A program made the position numbers and the translations under genes. A stretch of DNA of 64,000 nucleotides from a virus: positions 64,001-128,000 of IMG/VR virus record IMGVR_UViG_3300046665_000434; one strand, written 5' to 3'. Shown piece by piece: positions 15,128 to 25,301 of the stretch (its first letter is position 1; each line of letters starts with the position of its first letter). The notes below the pieces were generated by a model that was not told the DNA's origin, made no database searches, and saw nothing but the letters and a program-made list of their open reading frames with translations.

Positions 15128-15838
15128 ATGGAACAGAAAGCTGCTAAGAAGCCTCGGGCCCGTACGATCGTAATCCCGATCGACCCTAGCCTCTCCCTGC
15201 GAGAGGTCGCTACGAGTAACTGTCAGGTATTCCATGCATTGAGAAAGCGCACCAATGCTGATATCTACCACTATGCCATTCCTGATAAAGAAGGCGGTAT
15301 CTTTCTGCGCCGTATCAGAGTGGTCAAGTCTGCAAAAGCCGACATAGGCTTCGAATTGGAAGACCTCCCGGATATCTCGGATCTGCACGATACCAATATG
15401 CCCTGGGCTGGACACTGCTCGCTCAAAGACGGAAGCCGTCAGTTTAACTCCAAGTACGTATTGTCCACCGTGATCGATACAGTGCTGGAGTTTGAGAACA
15501 TCCTGTACAACCTACATGTCTACCATGACCCGTCGGCGGGTCCTCTGCAACTGTTCGATCTACATCGAGCCGGGCGGATGGATACTTGCCATACGGTAAG
15601 TGTGCGGGACGATATCCCAGAGATCGATCGGCTACCTTTCTATGAGGAGCCTGAAGCGCTTCCAGAGGCTCTTGTGGAGTTGTTGGCGACGTACGGATAC
15701 CGTCACTCAGGAGGCACGTTGTTCGAACACCCTGACTGGTCTCACAATGCTAACGGTCGCATCAACTGCGTACCTTACGGCGTCATTCGCGAAGTCATCA
15801 TTGGTGAAAAACATGTTCAAGTTAGAACTGGTTCCTAA
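15128..15838 (+). CDS. hypothetical protein
   Basis: 236-aa ORF, coupled. Confidence 0.7.
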   Translation: MEQKAAKKPRARTIVIPIDPSLSLREVATSNCQVFHALRKRTNADIYHYAIPDKEGGIFLRRIRVVKSAKADIGFELEDLPDISDLHDTNMPWAGHCSLKDGSRQFNSKYVLSTVIDTVLEFENILYNLHVYHDPSAGPLQLFDLHRAGRMDTCHTVSVRDDIPEIDRLPFYEEPEALPEALVELLATYGYRHSGGTLFEHPDWSHNANGRINCVPYGVIREVIIGEKHVQVRTGS

Positions 15839-16256
15839 GTGGGCCTGGGTGTTGTTGGCACTGGCATTGCTGGGTGGCGTGTATCTGGGTGCCAAGCATC
15901 TTGTCGATACCTACAACGCAGCGATCGAAAATGCGGCTACGTTGAAGTCGGCCAACGACAGTCTCCTGTTCGTCAACAACAATATCAATAACGAGCTCAT
16001 CAGTCAGATCGACGATCGCAAGACGGTCAACGACATGAACGTGAAGCTCGATACTGATAAGCAACAGTTGGCCGGACAGATTGGTGATATCTCCTCTCAG
16101 CTGGATCTGGAGATAGCCAAGCGTAAGTCCCTTGAGCGTGCTGGTAAACTCCAAGTGTGCGTCGACCCAAATCCAGGACCGCCTCCTGAAGCAGCGCTGA
16201 CTTGGAAAGCTTATTGCAAAGCCTCCAAAGACCCTAAATGTAGTACCGGGAGTTAA
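15813..16256 (+). CDS. inner-membrane spanin (Rz-like)
   Basis: N-terminal TM, coiled coil, C-terminal Cys; upstream of a lipoprotein. Confidence 0.7.
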   Translation: MFKLELVPKWAWVLLALALLGGVYLGAKHLVDTYNAAIENAATLKSANDSLLFVNNNINNELISQIDDRKTVNDMNVKLDTDKQQLAGQIGDISSQLDLEIAKRKSLERAGKLQVCVDPNPGPPPEAALTWKAYCKASKDPKCSTGS

Positions 16257-16262
16257 CCACCC

Positions 16263-16595
16263 ATGATTCGTCCACTGTCGTTACTGTTGCTGCTGGGTCT
16301 ACTCGCGGGCTGTACCACCACTCGCGATGTTGTTGTTAAAGAAACCACCGTTCGTTATGTTACGCTTGACGATCAGTGGTTGGCTGATCTGCCGTTGCTG
16401 GTCACTCCAGCGTACGGTGAAGAGTATCAGAAAGCTACCCTGCAAGAACGTATCGACATGTGGTCGAAGTTCTACATCAAGTACGTAGAGCAGGGCGGTA
16501 GTCACAACCTGACGTTGGAAAACGCAAGGAAGTACAACGCATTGAAACGCGATGAAGTGCAGACCACCACTTGTCGCGATGGAGCGTGTAAGTAA
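16263..16595 (+). CDS. outer-membrane spanin lipoprotein (Rz1-like)
   Basis: lipobox LLAGC after signal peptide. Confidence 0.7.
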   Translation: MIRPLSLLLLLGLLAGCTTTRDVVVKETTVRYVTLDDQWLADLPLLVTPAYGEEYQKATLQERIDMWSKFYIKYVEQGGSHNLTLENARKYNALKRDEVQTTTCRDGACK

Positions 16596-16891
16596 TGGAG
16601 CTGGTTTATTTCTACGTGATAAACGCGATGCTGCTGTCAGGTAACGATGCGGTTAAAACACCCTCAGGGCCTGTACCGCCGTTTAACATTGGTTATATTG
16701 CCATCATCGTCTGTTTCATGGTGTGGTGCGTAATGAATGGTACATTAATCGTCAGGCAGGTCAAAGGTAAACCGATGACGGCTACTACGTGGGTTATCTT
16801 TGGCGTAGTGACTATCCTCTGTTTTGCCGGGGTTTGGGTTGGCGGTGAGTATCACACCAAGTTCTTGCAACATTGGTACGCAACACACTGA
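16595..16891 (+). CDS. membrane protein
   Basis: two TM segments; coupled to spanins. Confidence 0.6.
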   Translation: MELVYFYVINAMLLSGNDAVKTPSGPVPPFNIGYIAIIVCFMVWCVMNGTLIVRQVKGKPMTATTWVIFGVVTILCFAGVWVGGEYHTKFLQHWYATH

Positions 16892-16925
16892 CATAGAGGG
16901 CGGGGAAACCCGCCCTCTATGCTGC

Positions 16926-16953
16926 TTCATTGAAAACATTTACAGTCATACAT
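16926..16953 (+). promoter_or_regulatory. putative early (virion RNAP) promoter
   Basis: TTCATTGAAAACATTTACAGTCATACAT, identical 28-mer at 48602-48629. Confidence 0.6.
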
Positions 16954-16996
16954 TGTAAACTTGCACCACCCAACCAACTATTAGGAAGAGCTAAGT

Positions 16997-17890
16997 ATGA
17001 AAGTCCCGAAAACTTATACCAAATCTGACTTCGGTCCAGAGATCGCACGCAGCTCCGATAAACATCGCGTTATCGACATCCTAACCTCGGTCATGGAAGT
17101 CATGGCTGCCGAATTCCCGGCACAGTTGGGCTTCCCCTTCACTATCAATCGTGCTGGGCTGTATTCCTCGCTGCTGAAATTTACACCAGAGGCTTATGAC
17201 CTCTATATCGCTGATGGTGACGGCCTGGCCAACACCGAGGCGTACGAGCACTTACTCAACGAGATGGTGGTACATGCATACAACCTCTCCTGGTCGCATG
17301 TGTGTTTCACTAATCGTGTCCCGTTACCCTCCGATGCTGAATATACCGTAGGGTTATTCCTGGCCAATACGGATCTTCTGCACAAACAGGCCAGTCAATA
17401 CAGTCAGCTGACTCGCAGCTTCGACCATCTGTCTGTCACGGCGGGTGCGCCTGATCCTCTTGATGTCCTCGACCAGAAGGTTAAAGACATCACTGGAATC
17501 CGAGCAGAGGACATCGCAGGACTCATCGAATTCGAAGGGTTCCTCGCGAAGAATCTGGAGGATGGGATGGTGACGATCCACAATCTCGCAAATGTGAATG
17601 AATGCATCCGTGAAGTCATTCTCGATCTGATGCACAAACGCCTGGCAGAAAAACCTCGCCAGTCTCGCGCAACGCTCGAAGACCTGACCGACATGAGCGC
17701 CGCTCGTGAAGAGATGGACCAGGACCGCGCTGGCTATACGCCCAACCGCCCCGGCCGTACTCTGGGTCGCCAGCGCAGCACTGACCTTGAAAATATCCAC
17801 CAGACGCTGGAGATCATGGAGAAACAACTCCATTTCGCAACAGACCTGCTGCTGGGTATTGCGCGGCCTAATCGTAATAAGCAATACTAA
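16997..17890 (+). CDS. hypothetical protein
   Basis: 297 aa, after promoter motif. Confidence 0.75.
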   Translation: MKVPKTYTKSDFGPEIARSSDKHRVIDILTSVMEVMAAEFPAQLGFPFTINRAGLYSSLLKFTPEAYDLYIADGDGLANTEAYEHLLNEMVVHAYNLSWSHVCFTNRVPLPSDAEYTVGLFLANTDLLHKQASQYSQLTRSFDHLSVTAGAPDPLDVLDQKVKDITGIRAEDIAGLIEFEGFLAKNLEDGMVTIHNLANVNECIREVILDLMHKRLAEKPRQSRATLEDLTDMSAAREEMDQDRAGYTPNRPGRTLGRQRSTDLENIHQTLEIMEKQLHFATDLLLGIARPNRNKQY

Positions 17891-17930
17891 CACTGATGCA
17901 CCCCACTAACCGAGTAGGTAAGGAAGTAAG

Positions 17931-18227
17931 ATGTCCCAAGTCAATAGCGTGCAGTACGACGAAAACTTCATCATGACATCCAACGGATATTATGCGGAGG
18001 TAGAAGCGTTACGGATGGCTCGGTCAGCACTTGACTCGAAGTATTCCGAACTCTCGTTGAAGCGCCAAGCTGCACTCATGGCGCATGACGATCTGGCTGA
18101 GGTCAACCGCAACATTGTTGAAGTTCAGATGGCTCGCCGCGACATCAACGACAAGATCGATGAAGCCCTTCAGAAACATCTGGGGTACATCCATACCAAC
18201 ACGCACCATCGCAACATGGTCGGCTAA
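17931..18227 (+). CDS. hypothetical coiled-coil protein
   Basis: AAGGA SD. Confidence 0.7.
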   Translation: MSQVNSVQYDENFIMTSNGYYAEVEALRMARSALDSKYSELSLKRQAALMAHDDLAEVNRNIVEVQMARRDINDKIDEALQKHLGYIHTNTHHRNMVG

Positions 18228-18317
18228 CTGACCTGATGGGTAGATAGGGGAGGGAGACTTAGGTCTCCTTCTTCTATTCTTTCTTTTTTATCAGTACGTT
18301 TTGAAAAGGATAGCAGC

Positions 18318-18887
18318 ATGAATTTCCAACGCACGGATACTGCTCCGGTGCCAGCAATCCTCTTGCTGGTGAGTTCCGAAGATCTGGTAACCCCAGCTCT
18401 GGAACGTCTGGGCATTTCACCGGATGAAACGATTACCCTGGATGCTGCAACCGTATGGGATCGCCGGTGGCGCGAAGCAGACAAACAGAAGGTGTACGTA
18501 GCCGTTCTCACTGAACGTCTCTACACGCAATACACCAGTCAGGTATGGATCACGGCGAGTGGCATGCCTGATCTTGACTGGTCTGGTCTTGATGATATCC
18601 CTGAATACCATCGCCAGTTCCTGGCCCTGCGTGCTCTGGGTTACTTCTTCGGCAATACGCTGATCGATGCAAACGGCGATACTCAGTCGCTGTATCAGCC
18701 TGACGTCATCAACGAGTTCGATGTCATCCTGACTGAAACTGCAATCGATGCCTATTTGAACAAGTTCGAAAACGCATTGCTTGTCGATCCGTACGATGCT
18801 AAGAACCCAGTACCGCCAGGCGGTGGCGGTGGTCTGTTGGATCAGATGGTAGCCACTCCACCTGATGGCGACGATAACCTCATCTAA
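18318..18887 (+). CDS. hypothetical protein, tandem paralog 1
   Basis: RLGISPDETITL..WDRRWREADKQKVYVA shared with next gene. Confidence 0.8.
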   Translation: MNFQRTDTAPVPAILLLVSSEDLVTPALERLGISPDETITLDAATVWDRRWREADKQKVYVAVLTERLYTQYTSQVWITASGMPDLDWSGLDDIPEYHRQFLALRALGYFFGNTLIDANGDTQSLYQPDVINEFDVILTETAIDAYLNKFENALLVDPYDAKNPVPPGGGGGLLDQMVATPPDGDDNLI

Positions 18888-18947
18888 CCTCAAGTCGAGG
18901 GACTTCGGTCCCTCGGTTTATGCCGTATCTATAAATAAGGAAGCCGT

Positions 18948-19394
18948 ATGCAATTCAATCTGCTAAGCATGATTAAGCCGCACGCCACGTTACTCATCGT
19001 CAGTGATTTTGAACAGATCGGCAAGGCCATTACCCGCCTTGGCCTTCATCCAGACGAAGTGATTACGCTTGAGCCAAACACAACCTGGAATCGGACTTGG
19101 CGAGAAGCTGAGAAAGAAAAGGTATTTGTGGCTACGTTGGATGAACATCTCTACGACCGAGCAGTTGCCAAAGAACTGTTCGACCGCCTCGAGGACTATC
19201 ATCGCTATTGCTTACAAGACATTATCCTTCCCCACTTCTTCTCTGAAGATACCGTTAACTGCACCGAGACCATTTCAAGACCTGCTAGGTTCCGGGATGT
19301 TGAATTTGACATCATCCTCATCGAAACTGATACCCACGCTTATCTACACAAGTATCGGGCAGCCACGATTCTTGATCCAATCGAGGTCAAGTGA
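18948..19394 (+). CDS. hypothetical protein, tandem paralog 2
   Basis: RLGLHPDEVITL..WNRTWREAEKEKVFVA. Confidence 0.8.
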   Translation: MQFNLLSMIKPHATLLIVSDFEQIGKAITRLGLHPDEVITLEPNTTWNRTWREAEKEKVFVATLDEHLYDRAVAKELFDRLEDYHRYCLQDIILPHFFSEDTVNCTETISRPARFRDVEFDIILIETDTHAYLHKYRAATILDPIEVK

Positions 19395-19456
19395 CATACT
19401 CCAGAGACAGCCGCAAGGCTGTCTCTGGATATATTCTTTTTTGTATTTAAAAAGAT

Positions 19457-19469
19457 TACAGTCATACAT
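19457..19469 (+). promoter_or_regulatory. putative early promoter motif
   Basis: TACAGTCATACAT after terminator, before operon. Confidence 0.6.
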
Positions 19470-19520
19470 AGTTAGCCTGAAGGGTTGTACAATCAATTCA
19501 CTAAATGGAGAACTATCGTG

Positions 19521-19700
19521 ATGCTAACCCGCCTCTTTGCTAAGAAGAAGTCACCCGACGAGATCGAGATGCTTCGCCGTCAGGCGGGTACAGCTCGGAA
19601 GTTGTTCGAACGTGCAATGAAAGAACAAGGTATCAACAGTGAGGCCGCTACCTACTGGGCCAATAAACTCGATGATGCAGAAGATCAACTCAACGCTTAG
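19521..19700 (+). CDS. small hypothetical protein
   Basis: GGAG SD. Confidence 0.6.
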   Translation: MLTRLFAKKKSPDEIEMLRRQAGTARKLFERAMKEQGINSEAATYWANKLDDAEDQLNA

Positions 19701-19712
19701 TGGGATGACGTA

Positions 19713-19922
19713 ATGGCTAAATTCACACCGAGTGATCTTTCTAAAATACTACTCCCAGAGGGTTGGAATTCTTCTGAAGAACGATTGGCCTTAGAGATGG
19801 CGATCAAAGCCACGACCAAGAAAGTTTTCGTTGGGGGCGTAGGTAACCACATCTCGGGAGGCTCAGTAATGGATACGGATATCACGTTCAAACAAACTGG
19901 TCAAGTAGGTGTCGAAGAATAA
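19713..19922 (+). CDS. small hypothetical protein
   Basis: ORF in operon. Confidence 0.55.
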   Translation: MAKFTPSDLSKILLPEGWNSSEERLALEMAIKATTKKVFVGGVGNHISGGSVMDTDITFKQTGQVGVEE

Positions 19923-19975
19923 TCGCCGACATCTACAGCAACACTCTTACATCTTAACGTCCGAGGAGGACTGCC

Positions 19976-20575
19976 ATGCCCCGTACCAACGAACAAACCC
20001 CAAACATCCTCACTGCCCCAGACTCCATAACCAAATCCGCAGCCTGTTACTGGAATTCGGTCACCAAGCGGATGGAACCTTTCATCGGCCTGGGTTATGG
20101 CCGCCGGGTTTATATCTCGGTGCCTAAATGCGATCTGTGGGTTCGTCCAACCGTTCTGACTTTAGGTCTTGTCGAGTTCAACAAAGTTCTCGCTGACCTT
20201 CGTTACGACACCATCGATCCAGTCGACTGGGCAAAAATGGAACAGGCCGATCAGAAGATCGATCGCCTGACTGTGACTTTCGATAACCTGTTCGACAAAC
20301 AAATGATCACCGGGCTGGGAACTCTGGCAGAATCTCTCAGCCTGCGTTATCCGATACCTGCCAATGTATTCCAGGAGATGGCTTCAACAACATTCGCAGA
20401 GATGATTGTTGAGGTAGAGAAACTTCTGCGCGGTATTCTTTCCATCCCGTACAACGAACAGATCGCAACTCAGGCGTTCGATCCTGAACTGCCTGAGATC
20501 AAACACATTCTCGATAACTATAACCCCATCAGACATCGTGCATTGGTGTATCTGGCGTGGTTACTTTCTGAGTAG
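19976..20575 (+). CDS. hypothetical protein
   Basis: preceded by GTCC-GAGGA-GGAC SD hairpin. Confidence 0.75.
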   Translation: MPRTNEQTPNILTAPDSITKSAACYWNSVTKRMEPFIGLGYGRRVYISVPKCDLWVRPTVLTLGLVEFNKVLADLRYDTIDPVDWAKMEQADQKIDRLTVTFDNLFDKQMITGLGTLAESLSLRYPIPANVFQEMASTTFAEMIVEVEKLLRGILSIPYNEQIATQAFDPELPEIKHILDNYNPIRHRALVYLAWLLSE

Positions 20576-20585
20576 GTAAACGCCC

Positions 20586-20963
20586 ATGACGTCGTTAAAA
20601 CCTTGCATGTACCCGTACGAGCGTAAAGAAATTCACGATGCTTACGGCTGGCTCTTCACCCGTGAAGAGTACGAGTCGATCGTGACGCGTAACAAAGAAG
20701 TAGCTTGGCACATCGTAAGGAATAACGACGTCGCCGTATCTGATGTCTACATTCGTGAGTATAACGCAGATGGCGGCATTTGCCGCTATATGTCGCTCGA
20801 GTTTTTCGTGACGACAGTTATCCACGGTAAATTCAGCCTTAGTGAAAACATCACTCGTGACTATGAGAAGATGAGACTCGCTTATGCCGAGTTCCTCGGC
20901 GAGCGTATCAGAGATCTCCACTGGCACGAGCGGTTATTGAAACATTTACGCAAGCAGCAGTAG
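20586..20963 (+). CDS. hypothetical protein
   Basis: ORF in operon. Confidence 0.7.
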   Translation: MTSLKPCMYPYERKEIHDAYGWLFTREEYESIVTRNKEVAWHIVRNNDVAVSDVYIREYNADGGICRYMSLEFFVTTVIHGKFSLSENITRDYEKMRLAYAEFLGERIRDLHWHERLLKHLRKQQ

Positions 20964-20971
20964 GAGGTTTC

Positions 20972-21322
20972 ATGGCTGATGATGCGCGCGAAGAGGTCCA
21001 TCTTTGCGTCGAGACTTTCTCGAGGCCTTACTCAGATCGCGCAAAGATCCTGGTATCTGAGGAGTTCTTCCACAAGCGCGCTAAGCTCTTGCGGGTGATG
21101 GCCACAACTGTAGAGCAACGGGGCGAGGAGTGGGTAATGGCTACCTACTCCCCGACTGGCCTCAGGTACGAATACGCAGAGGCCCTGCGAATGTTTACCG
21201 ACGGGGAGTTACCGCCCCTGAAACCCGAACAGAAATGGTGTATCTTCGATGGCCCTACCATCAAGTACATCTTCGACCCGTCAATCCCTGATCGGGCTGT
21301 CAACCTCGCCATACCTACCTAG
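20972..21322 (+). CDS. hypothetical protein
   Basis: AGGAGG SD. Confidence 0.7.
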   Translation: MADDAREEVHLCVETFSRPYSDRAKILVSEEFFHKRAKLLRVMATTVEQRGEEWVMATYSPTGLRYEYAEALRMFTDGELPPLKPEQKWCIFDGPTIKYIFDPSIPDRAVNLAIPT

Positions 21323-21335
21323 GAATACTGAGACC

Positions 21336-21782
21336 ATGAAAAAGAAAGAACAGAAGATTGCAATCAAGTTCCACCATCGAGACCAAGGTTCGCACGGTTA
21401 CTCCACGTACGACAACGTCGTCTACAAGCGCCTGGAACTTGCGAAAAGCAAGCGCGGCTTCCTCCATCTGGAACGCAAGGGTAACACCTGGATCCTGCTG
21501 GATGGCCTTGGCCGGGATTCCGATCTCATCGAACAACTGACGTTCGTACGGGAGGAAGATAAAGCCACGGTCATTGTCTGCGATGACGCTCGTTTGGAGA
21601 TCAGTACCCATACTGAGCTTCACCTCCCCAGCCACCAATTCTGGCATCTCGACGAGTTGCCGGACCGTAAGTGGCGGTTGGCATACACCACCGGCCATGA
21701 TATCTGGAATAAACGCCTGACCTTGATTGAGTTTCTTGAGAGCGGGACTCTTGAGGAACTGGGGAAGGTGATGGGTGAGTGA
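21336..21782 (+). CDS. hypothetical protein
   Basis: ATG 21336 after AGGA. Confidence 0.65.
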   Translation: MKKKEQKIAIKFHHRDQGSHGYSTYDNVVYKRLELAKSKRGFLHLERKGNTWILLDGLGRDSDLIEQLTFVREEDKATVIVCDDARLEISTHTELHLPSHQFWHLDELPDRKWRLAYTTGHDIWNKRLTLIEFLESGTLEELGKVMGE

Positions 21783-22092
21783 AGACACCTTCAAACGCGT
21801 TCCAGGCAGGGTAGGTCCGAAAGGATCTACTCTCATCCAATCTCGGGTCACCTATGTAAAGGAGGCCTTCATCAGCGGCTACATCGACGTCCGAGAAGAT
21901 TTGATCGCACTCGGCATTCCTCACGTAGACAGTGCGATCATCACTTTCGAGTGGGAATCCATGGGGATTGAGAACAACGGATTCCGGCTGGACTCAAAAC
22001 CTGGACTCGTTACCTACTCTCGTATCAGACGAGATGACAATGAGGAGGATGCTATCACCATCATCGTTAACCTGAACTACCCCAAACCCTAA
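21775..22092 (+). CDS. hypothetical protein
   Basis: GTG start overlapping upstream stop. Confidence 0.6.
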   Translation: MSEDTFKRVPGRVGPKGSTLIQSRVTYVKEAFISGYIDVREDLIALGIPHVDSAIITFEWESMGIENNGFRLDSKPGLVTYSRIRRDDNEEDAITIIVNLNYPKP

Positions 22093-22119
22093 CACACCCA
22101 ACTACCGATAGAGGTACGT

Positions 22120-22896
22120 ATGAAAATTGACATCATCCCCCACCTGCTCACTGAGCGCACCCTCCGTCGCAACCCCATAGCGATTAAGATTAACCTTGCT
22201 GTAGAGGGGAAACTCTGCCTGCATTATAAATATCCGAAGCAGCGTACCGTTTACCATGTCTACAAATGGCTGGCGAACAAAGACTTCATCGCCGAGGAAG
22301 AACGGAGCACTGACGTCGGTGAGTTGATCTGCGACATCATGCAGATCGATGATGATACCTCTGAAGACATTGAGGTGAATCACACTCTGGCCGGTCAGTT
22401 CCCTACGGTCTGGAATCTCATTTCAGAGTTCGATTCCAGAAATCTCAGCCCTTCGGCGTTTCTGTCGGAAGCTATCGATCGCCTCTACAACGCCACTCCT
22501 GAAGAGATGATTGCTGTCCCTTCGCCAGAGAAGGCCGACGAGTTTACTCTCTTCTGCACTCGTCTGGAATTGGAAGAGCTGCGTCTTGAGAAGAACAACC
22601 CCAAAGGCCGTGACCTCAGCGACCGGACTCTGGAAGATGTCTGTGCAACGCTGCACGACATTCGCCGTTTGACAGAGGAGGCGGGTGACCTTAATCAAAA
22701 GACCTGGGTGCCTAATATAAAACTGGCCATTCAGATTCTCGAAGAGTATAGCATCACAGCCTTTTCTCAGCGTGATAACCGCAGTGAACGAGGTCGTGAT
22801 ACCCGCGATGAGCGCGATGAGAATCAACGTGACCGAGATCGTAATGACCGAGATCGCGATCGCGTTGAACGCACTGCTCGCCGCCGCGACCGTTAA
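22120..22896 (+). CDS. hypothetical protein with Arg/Asp-rich C-terminal tail
   Basis: GAGG SD; RDRDRNDRDRDR tail. Confidence 0.75.
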   Translation: MKIDIIPHLLTERTLRRNPIAIKINLAVEGKLCLHYKYPKQRTVYHVYKWLANKDFIAEEERSTDVGELICDIMQIDDDTSEDIEVNHTLAGQFPTVWNLISEFDSRNLSPSAFLSEAIDRLYNATPEEMIAVPSPEKADEFTLFCTRLELEELRLEKNNPKGRDLSDRTLEDVCATLHDIRRLTEEAGDLNQKTWVPNIKLAIQILEEYSITAFSQRDNRSERGRDTRDERDENQRDRDRNDRDRDRVERTARRRDR

Positions 22897-22956
22897 TCCG
22901 CAACCTTCTCATCATCCTGTCGCCAGATAGTCTGGCGGCATTCAGGAGTAGTTATA

Positions 22957-24420
22957 ATGAGCGAAAACCTCGGTAGCCCTATCCACCTGTCCTTCTATTC
23001 AATGGAAGGTTTCTCCAAACCAACTGGCTTTGCATTCGGACCGTTTCTGAATGAGTCGCTGGTTCAAGACCTCCGCACTGCCTCCTACCCAGCGATCGCC
23101 AATGACTCCCTGCGTCATGCGATCGCTGCCGCGATGACTCGTGCTGAGGCATTCGAGATCGATGGCGGTTGGGAAGCTGATCGGTTCTTCTTCTCCGGCG
23201 TCATCGAACTCCCTTCCCGCAGCGCCAGTCAGCGCCGCTTCGAATCGGTGATGGGCTATACGTCACCGGCCAAAGCCATCAGTGAAGATATCAAACTCTA
23301 CGTGACGCAAATCCGTGAGTATGAGATCAACACAGCCATCGATAAAAACGGTGAGCTGGGCATCTACCATCAACGTTCGGCCTCTCTGATCAATGCCGAG
23401 TCGATCCACCCAACTAAACTGACGGAAATATTCAGTCCAGACTTCGGTAATGTTGTCCGCCGTGCTTTGGGTGAACGGGCGTTCGGTTCGATGGTAGGGT
23501 TGGTCGGCATGGACCGGTCCATGGTACGTAGCCATGTTGGCACCCAGGCCCGTACTGATGGGTTTGCGCTGTCCGGCATCAGTCCCAACGCGCTGGTCGA
23601 TAACATCGCTACGACCCATCGCCGGATGAACATCGACCAGCGATGTGTTGGCTGGGGCGGGGATGAGTTGGAAGAGGACCGGCTAACGGACCTGATCCAC
23701 GAATACGTGTTCTACAACAATAACGATTTCAAACAACGTCTGCGTTGCCGGACTCACTACCAAGGCCAGGGCTATGTAACCCTGGCTGAGTTGCGTGAAG
23801 TTATTGGCGTGTCGTCCAACCACAACGACGGCGCAGGTTGCGTTAAAAGCATCAACGGTTTCTCGTCACCGGCAACGTATGTCGACGATATCCAGGAGCA
23901 GGTCGACAAGATCATCTACCTGGCTACGCTGGCGGTCGCGGCAATCATGCCGCAATATGGTCTTCGTCGGCTGCGGTTCGATTACAAGAACTTCTACCAC
24001 AAAGTGAACCTCACGTATCTGGTAAACAATTCGGACCTGCGAGTAGCTTCTGGTGACCGCATGGACCAGATGACTGAAGACCAAGTGACACTGATCCTCG
24101 GCGATGCCATGAAAGCTGTAGACGGTTTGACTGATCGCATGTACACCCTGAATATGGATATCGTCGACGGCGCAGCAGCGAACATCATGTTTGCATTCGA
24201 TGGCGAGAAAGCGATCTCCAAGTCGCTCCCTCTCTTCGCACTGTCTGCGTTCCATCCGGGTTGTAATGCCGATACTGCGCAGTATGACCAGTTCTGCCGG
24301 GATGTCTACCAAATGGTAGTCGAACCGTTTCTGACTGCGAACGACCCCTCTGTCAACCCACTCACCGTCGATGATCCGGACCTCAATGTCGACAATACCA
24401 AGCTTCCTTGGAACGAGTAA
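22957..24420 (+). CDS. hypothetical protein (487 aa)
   Basis: AGGAG SD; long ORF ending at terminator. Confidence 0.8.
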   Translation: MSENLGSPIHLSFYSMEGFSKPTGFAFGPFLNESLVQDLRTASYPAIANDSLRHAIAAAMTRAEAFEIDGGWEADRFFFSGVIELPSRSASQRRFESVMGYTSPAKAISEDIKLYVTQIREYEINTAIDKNGELGIYHQRSASLINAESIHPTKLTEIFSPDFGNVVRRALGERAFGSMVGLVGMDRSMVRSHVGTQARTDGFALSGISPNALVDNIATTHRRMNIDQRCVGWGGDELEEDRLTDLIHEYVFYNNNDFKQRLRCRTHYQGQGYVTLAELREVIGVSSNHNDGAGCVKSINGFSSPATYVDDIQEQVDKIIYLATLAVAAIMPQYGLRRLRFDYKNFYHKVNLTYLVNNSDLRVASGDRMDQMTEDQVTLILGDAMKAVDGLTDRMYTLNMDIVDGAAANIMFAFDGEKAISKSLPLFALSAFHPGCNADTAQYDQFCRDVYQMVVEPFLTANDPSVNPLTVDDPDLNVDNTKLPWNE

Positions 24421-24424
24421 CACC

Positions 24425-24463
24425 GCAGGGCCTTCGGGCCCTGCATCATCTTTCTTTTTTTTT
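24425..24463 (+). terminator. intrinsic terminator
   Basis: GCAGGGCC-TTCG-GGCCCTGC and T run. Confidence 0.75.
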
Positions 24464-24504
24464 GTATGAAATGGTATGCCATCATCTTAACCTGAGTATG
24501 TACC

Positions 24505-24957
24505 ATGTCCGACTCCTTCAACTATCTCGATTCTCGCGAGATCTCCCGCCGGGAATACCTGATCGGTTCAGACTTCCAGTACCGCGATAGTGTATTCGGA
24601 ATCATCACTGCCCGTAAGGGCTTCAGTACCAACTACGCCAGTATTGATGTGTTGCACAACATCTGGCTGTTCATCTTTTACGCACTGCTTGCGTCTTATG
24701 GGGATAAGGGCGCTACCATCCATGACTGGATCTACAGCGGCTACGGGATCATCAAAGCAGATGGTACGACTTACTACCCTACCCGTAAGGAGTGTGACGA
24801 TATTCTATACCGCGCTCTACGGGCAGAAGGGTTAGCCAGATGGCGAGCGTACATCTTCTACGCCGGCGTTCGTCTTGGCGGTAGTGGAGCCTACACCGCA
24901 GGTCCAGCCCTGTTCACCCCAACCCCTGTCGAACCGAACTATCTATTGGCCGCTTAA
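24505..24957 (+). CDS. DUF1353-family protein
   Basis: GFSTNYASI..IHDWIY..RKECD.I...AGVRLGG. Confidence 0.8.
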   Translation: MSDSFNYLDSREISRREYLIGSDFQYRDSVFGIITARKGFSTNYASIDVLHNIWLFIFYALLASYGDKGATIHDWIYSGYGIIKADGTTYYPTRKECDDILYRALRAEGLARWRAYIFYAGVRLGGSGAYTAGPALFTPTPVEPNYLLAA

Positions 24958-24966
24958 AGGTATTCC

Positions 24967-25263
24967 ATGAATCGCATACACCTGAAGAAAGAGACTGCAA
25001 CGACTGGGTTCTACTATCTGGATCATGAACCTACCGGTAAGGTATTTACTGGGACGGCCAAGAATATGCAAGCAGGTATCCTAGGGATCCTCGGTGAGCT
25101 CAAAGCCGGCACTCTCGACTATCCGGTCATGTTGCGGCTCTGGAAGGCCGAGCCTTTGTTTACAGCTAAGTGCTTCCCAACGAAGACCATCAGAGAAGCC
25201 CGAGCGCTCGAGAAGGAGTTTCGTAAAGATAAGCAGCATCTGTTGCTCAATACGTATCCATAA
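24967..25263 (+). CDS. degenerate GIY-YIG-like protein
   Basis: GFYYL..TGKVFTG..EARALE..LLN; catalytic Arg not evident. Confidence 0.5.
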   Translation: MNRIHLKKETATTGFYYLDHEPTGKVFTGTAKNMQAGILGILGELKAGTLDYPVMLRLWKAEPLFTAKCFPTKTIREARALEKEFRKDKQHLLLNTYP

Positions 25264-25265
25264 GG

Positions 25266-25295
25266 CATACAGCGGGGCTAACGCCCCGCTGTATG
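25266..25295. terminator. bidirectional hairpin between convergent genes
   Basis: CATACAGCGGGGC-TAAC-GCCCCGCTGTATG. Confidence 0.7.
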
Positions 25296-25301
25296 TTGTA
25301 C

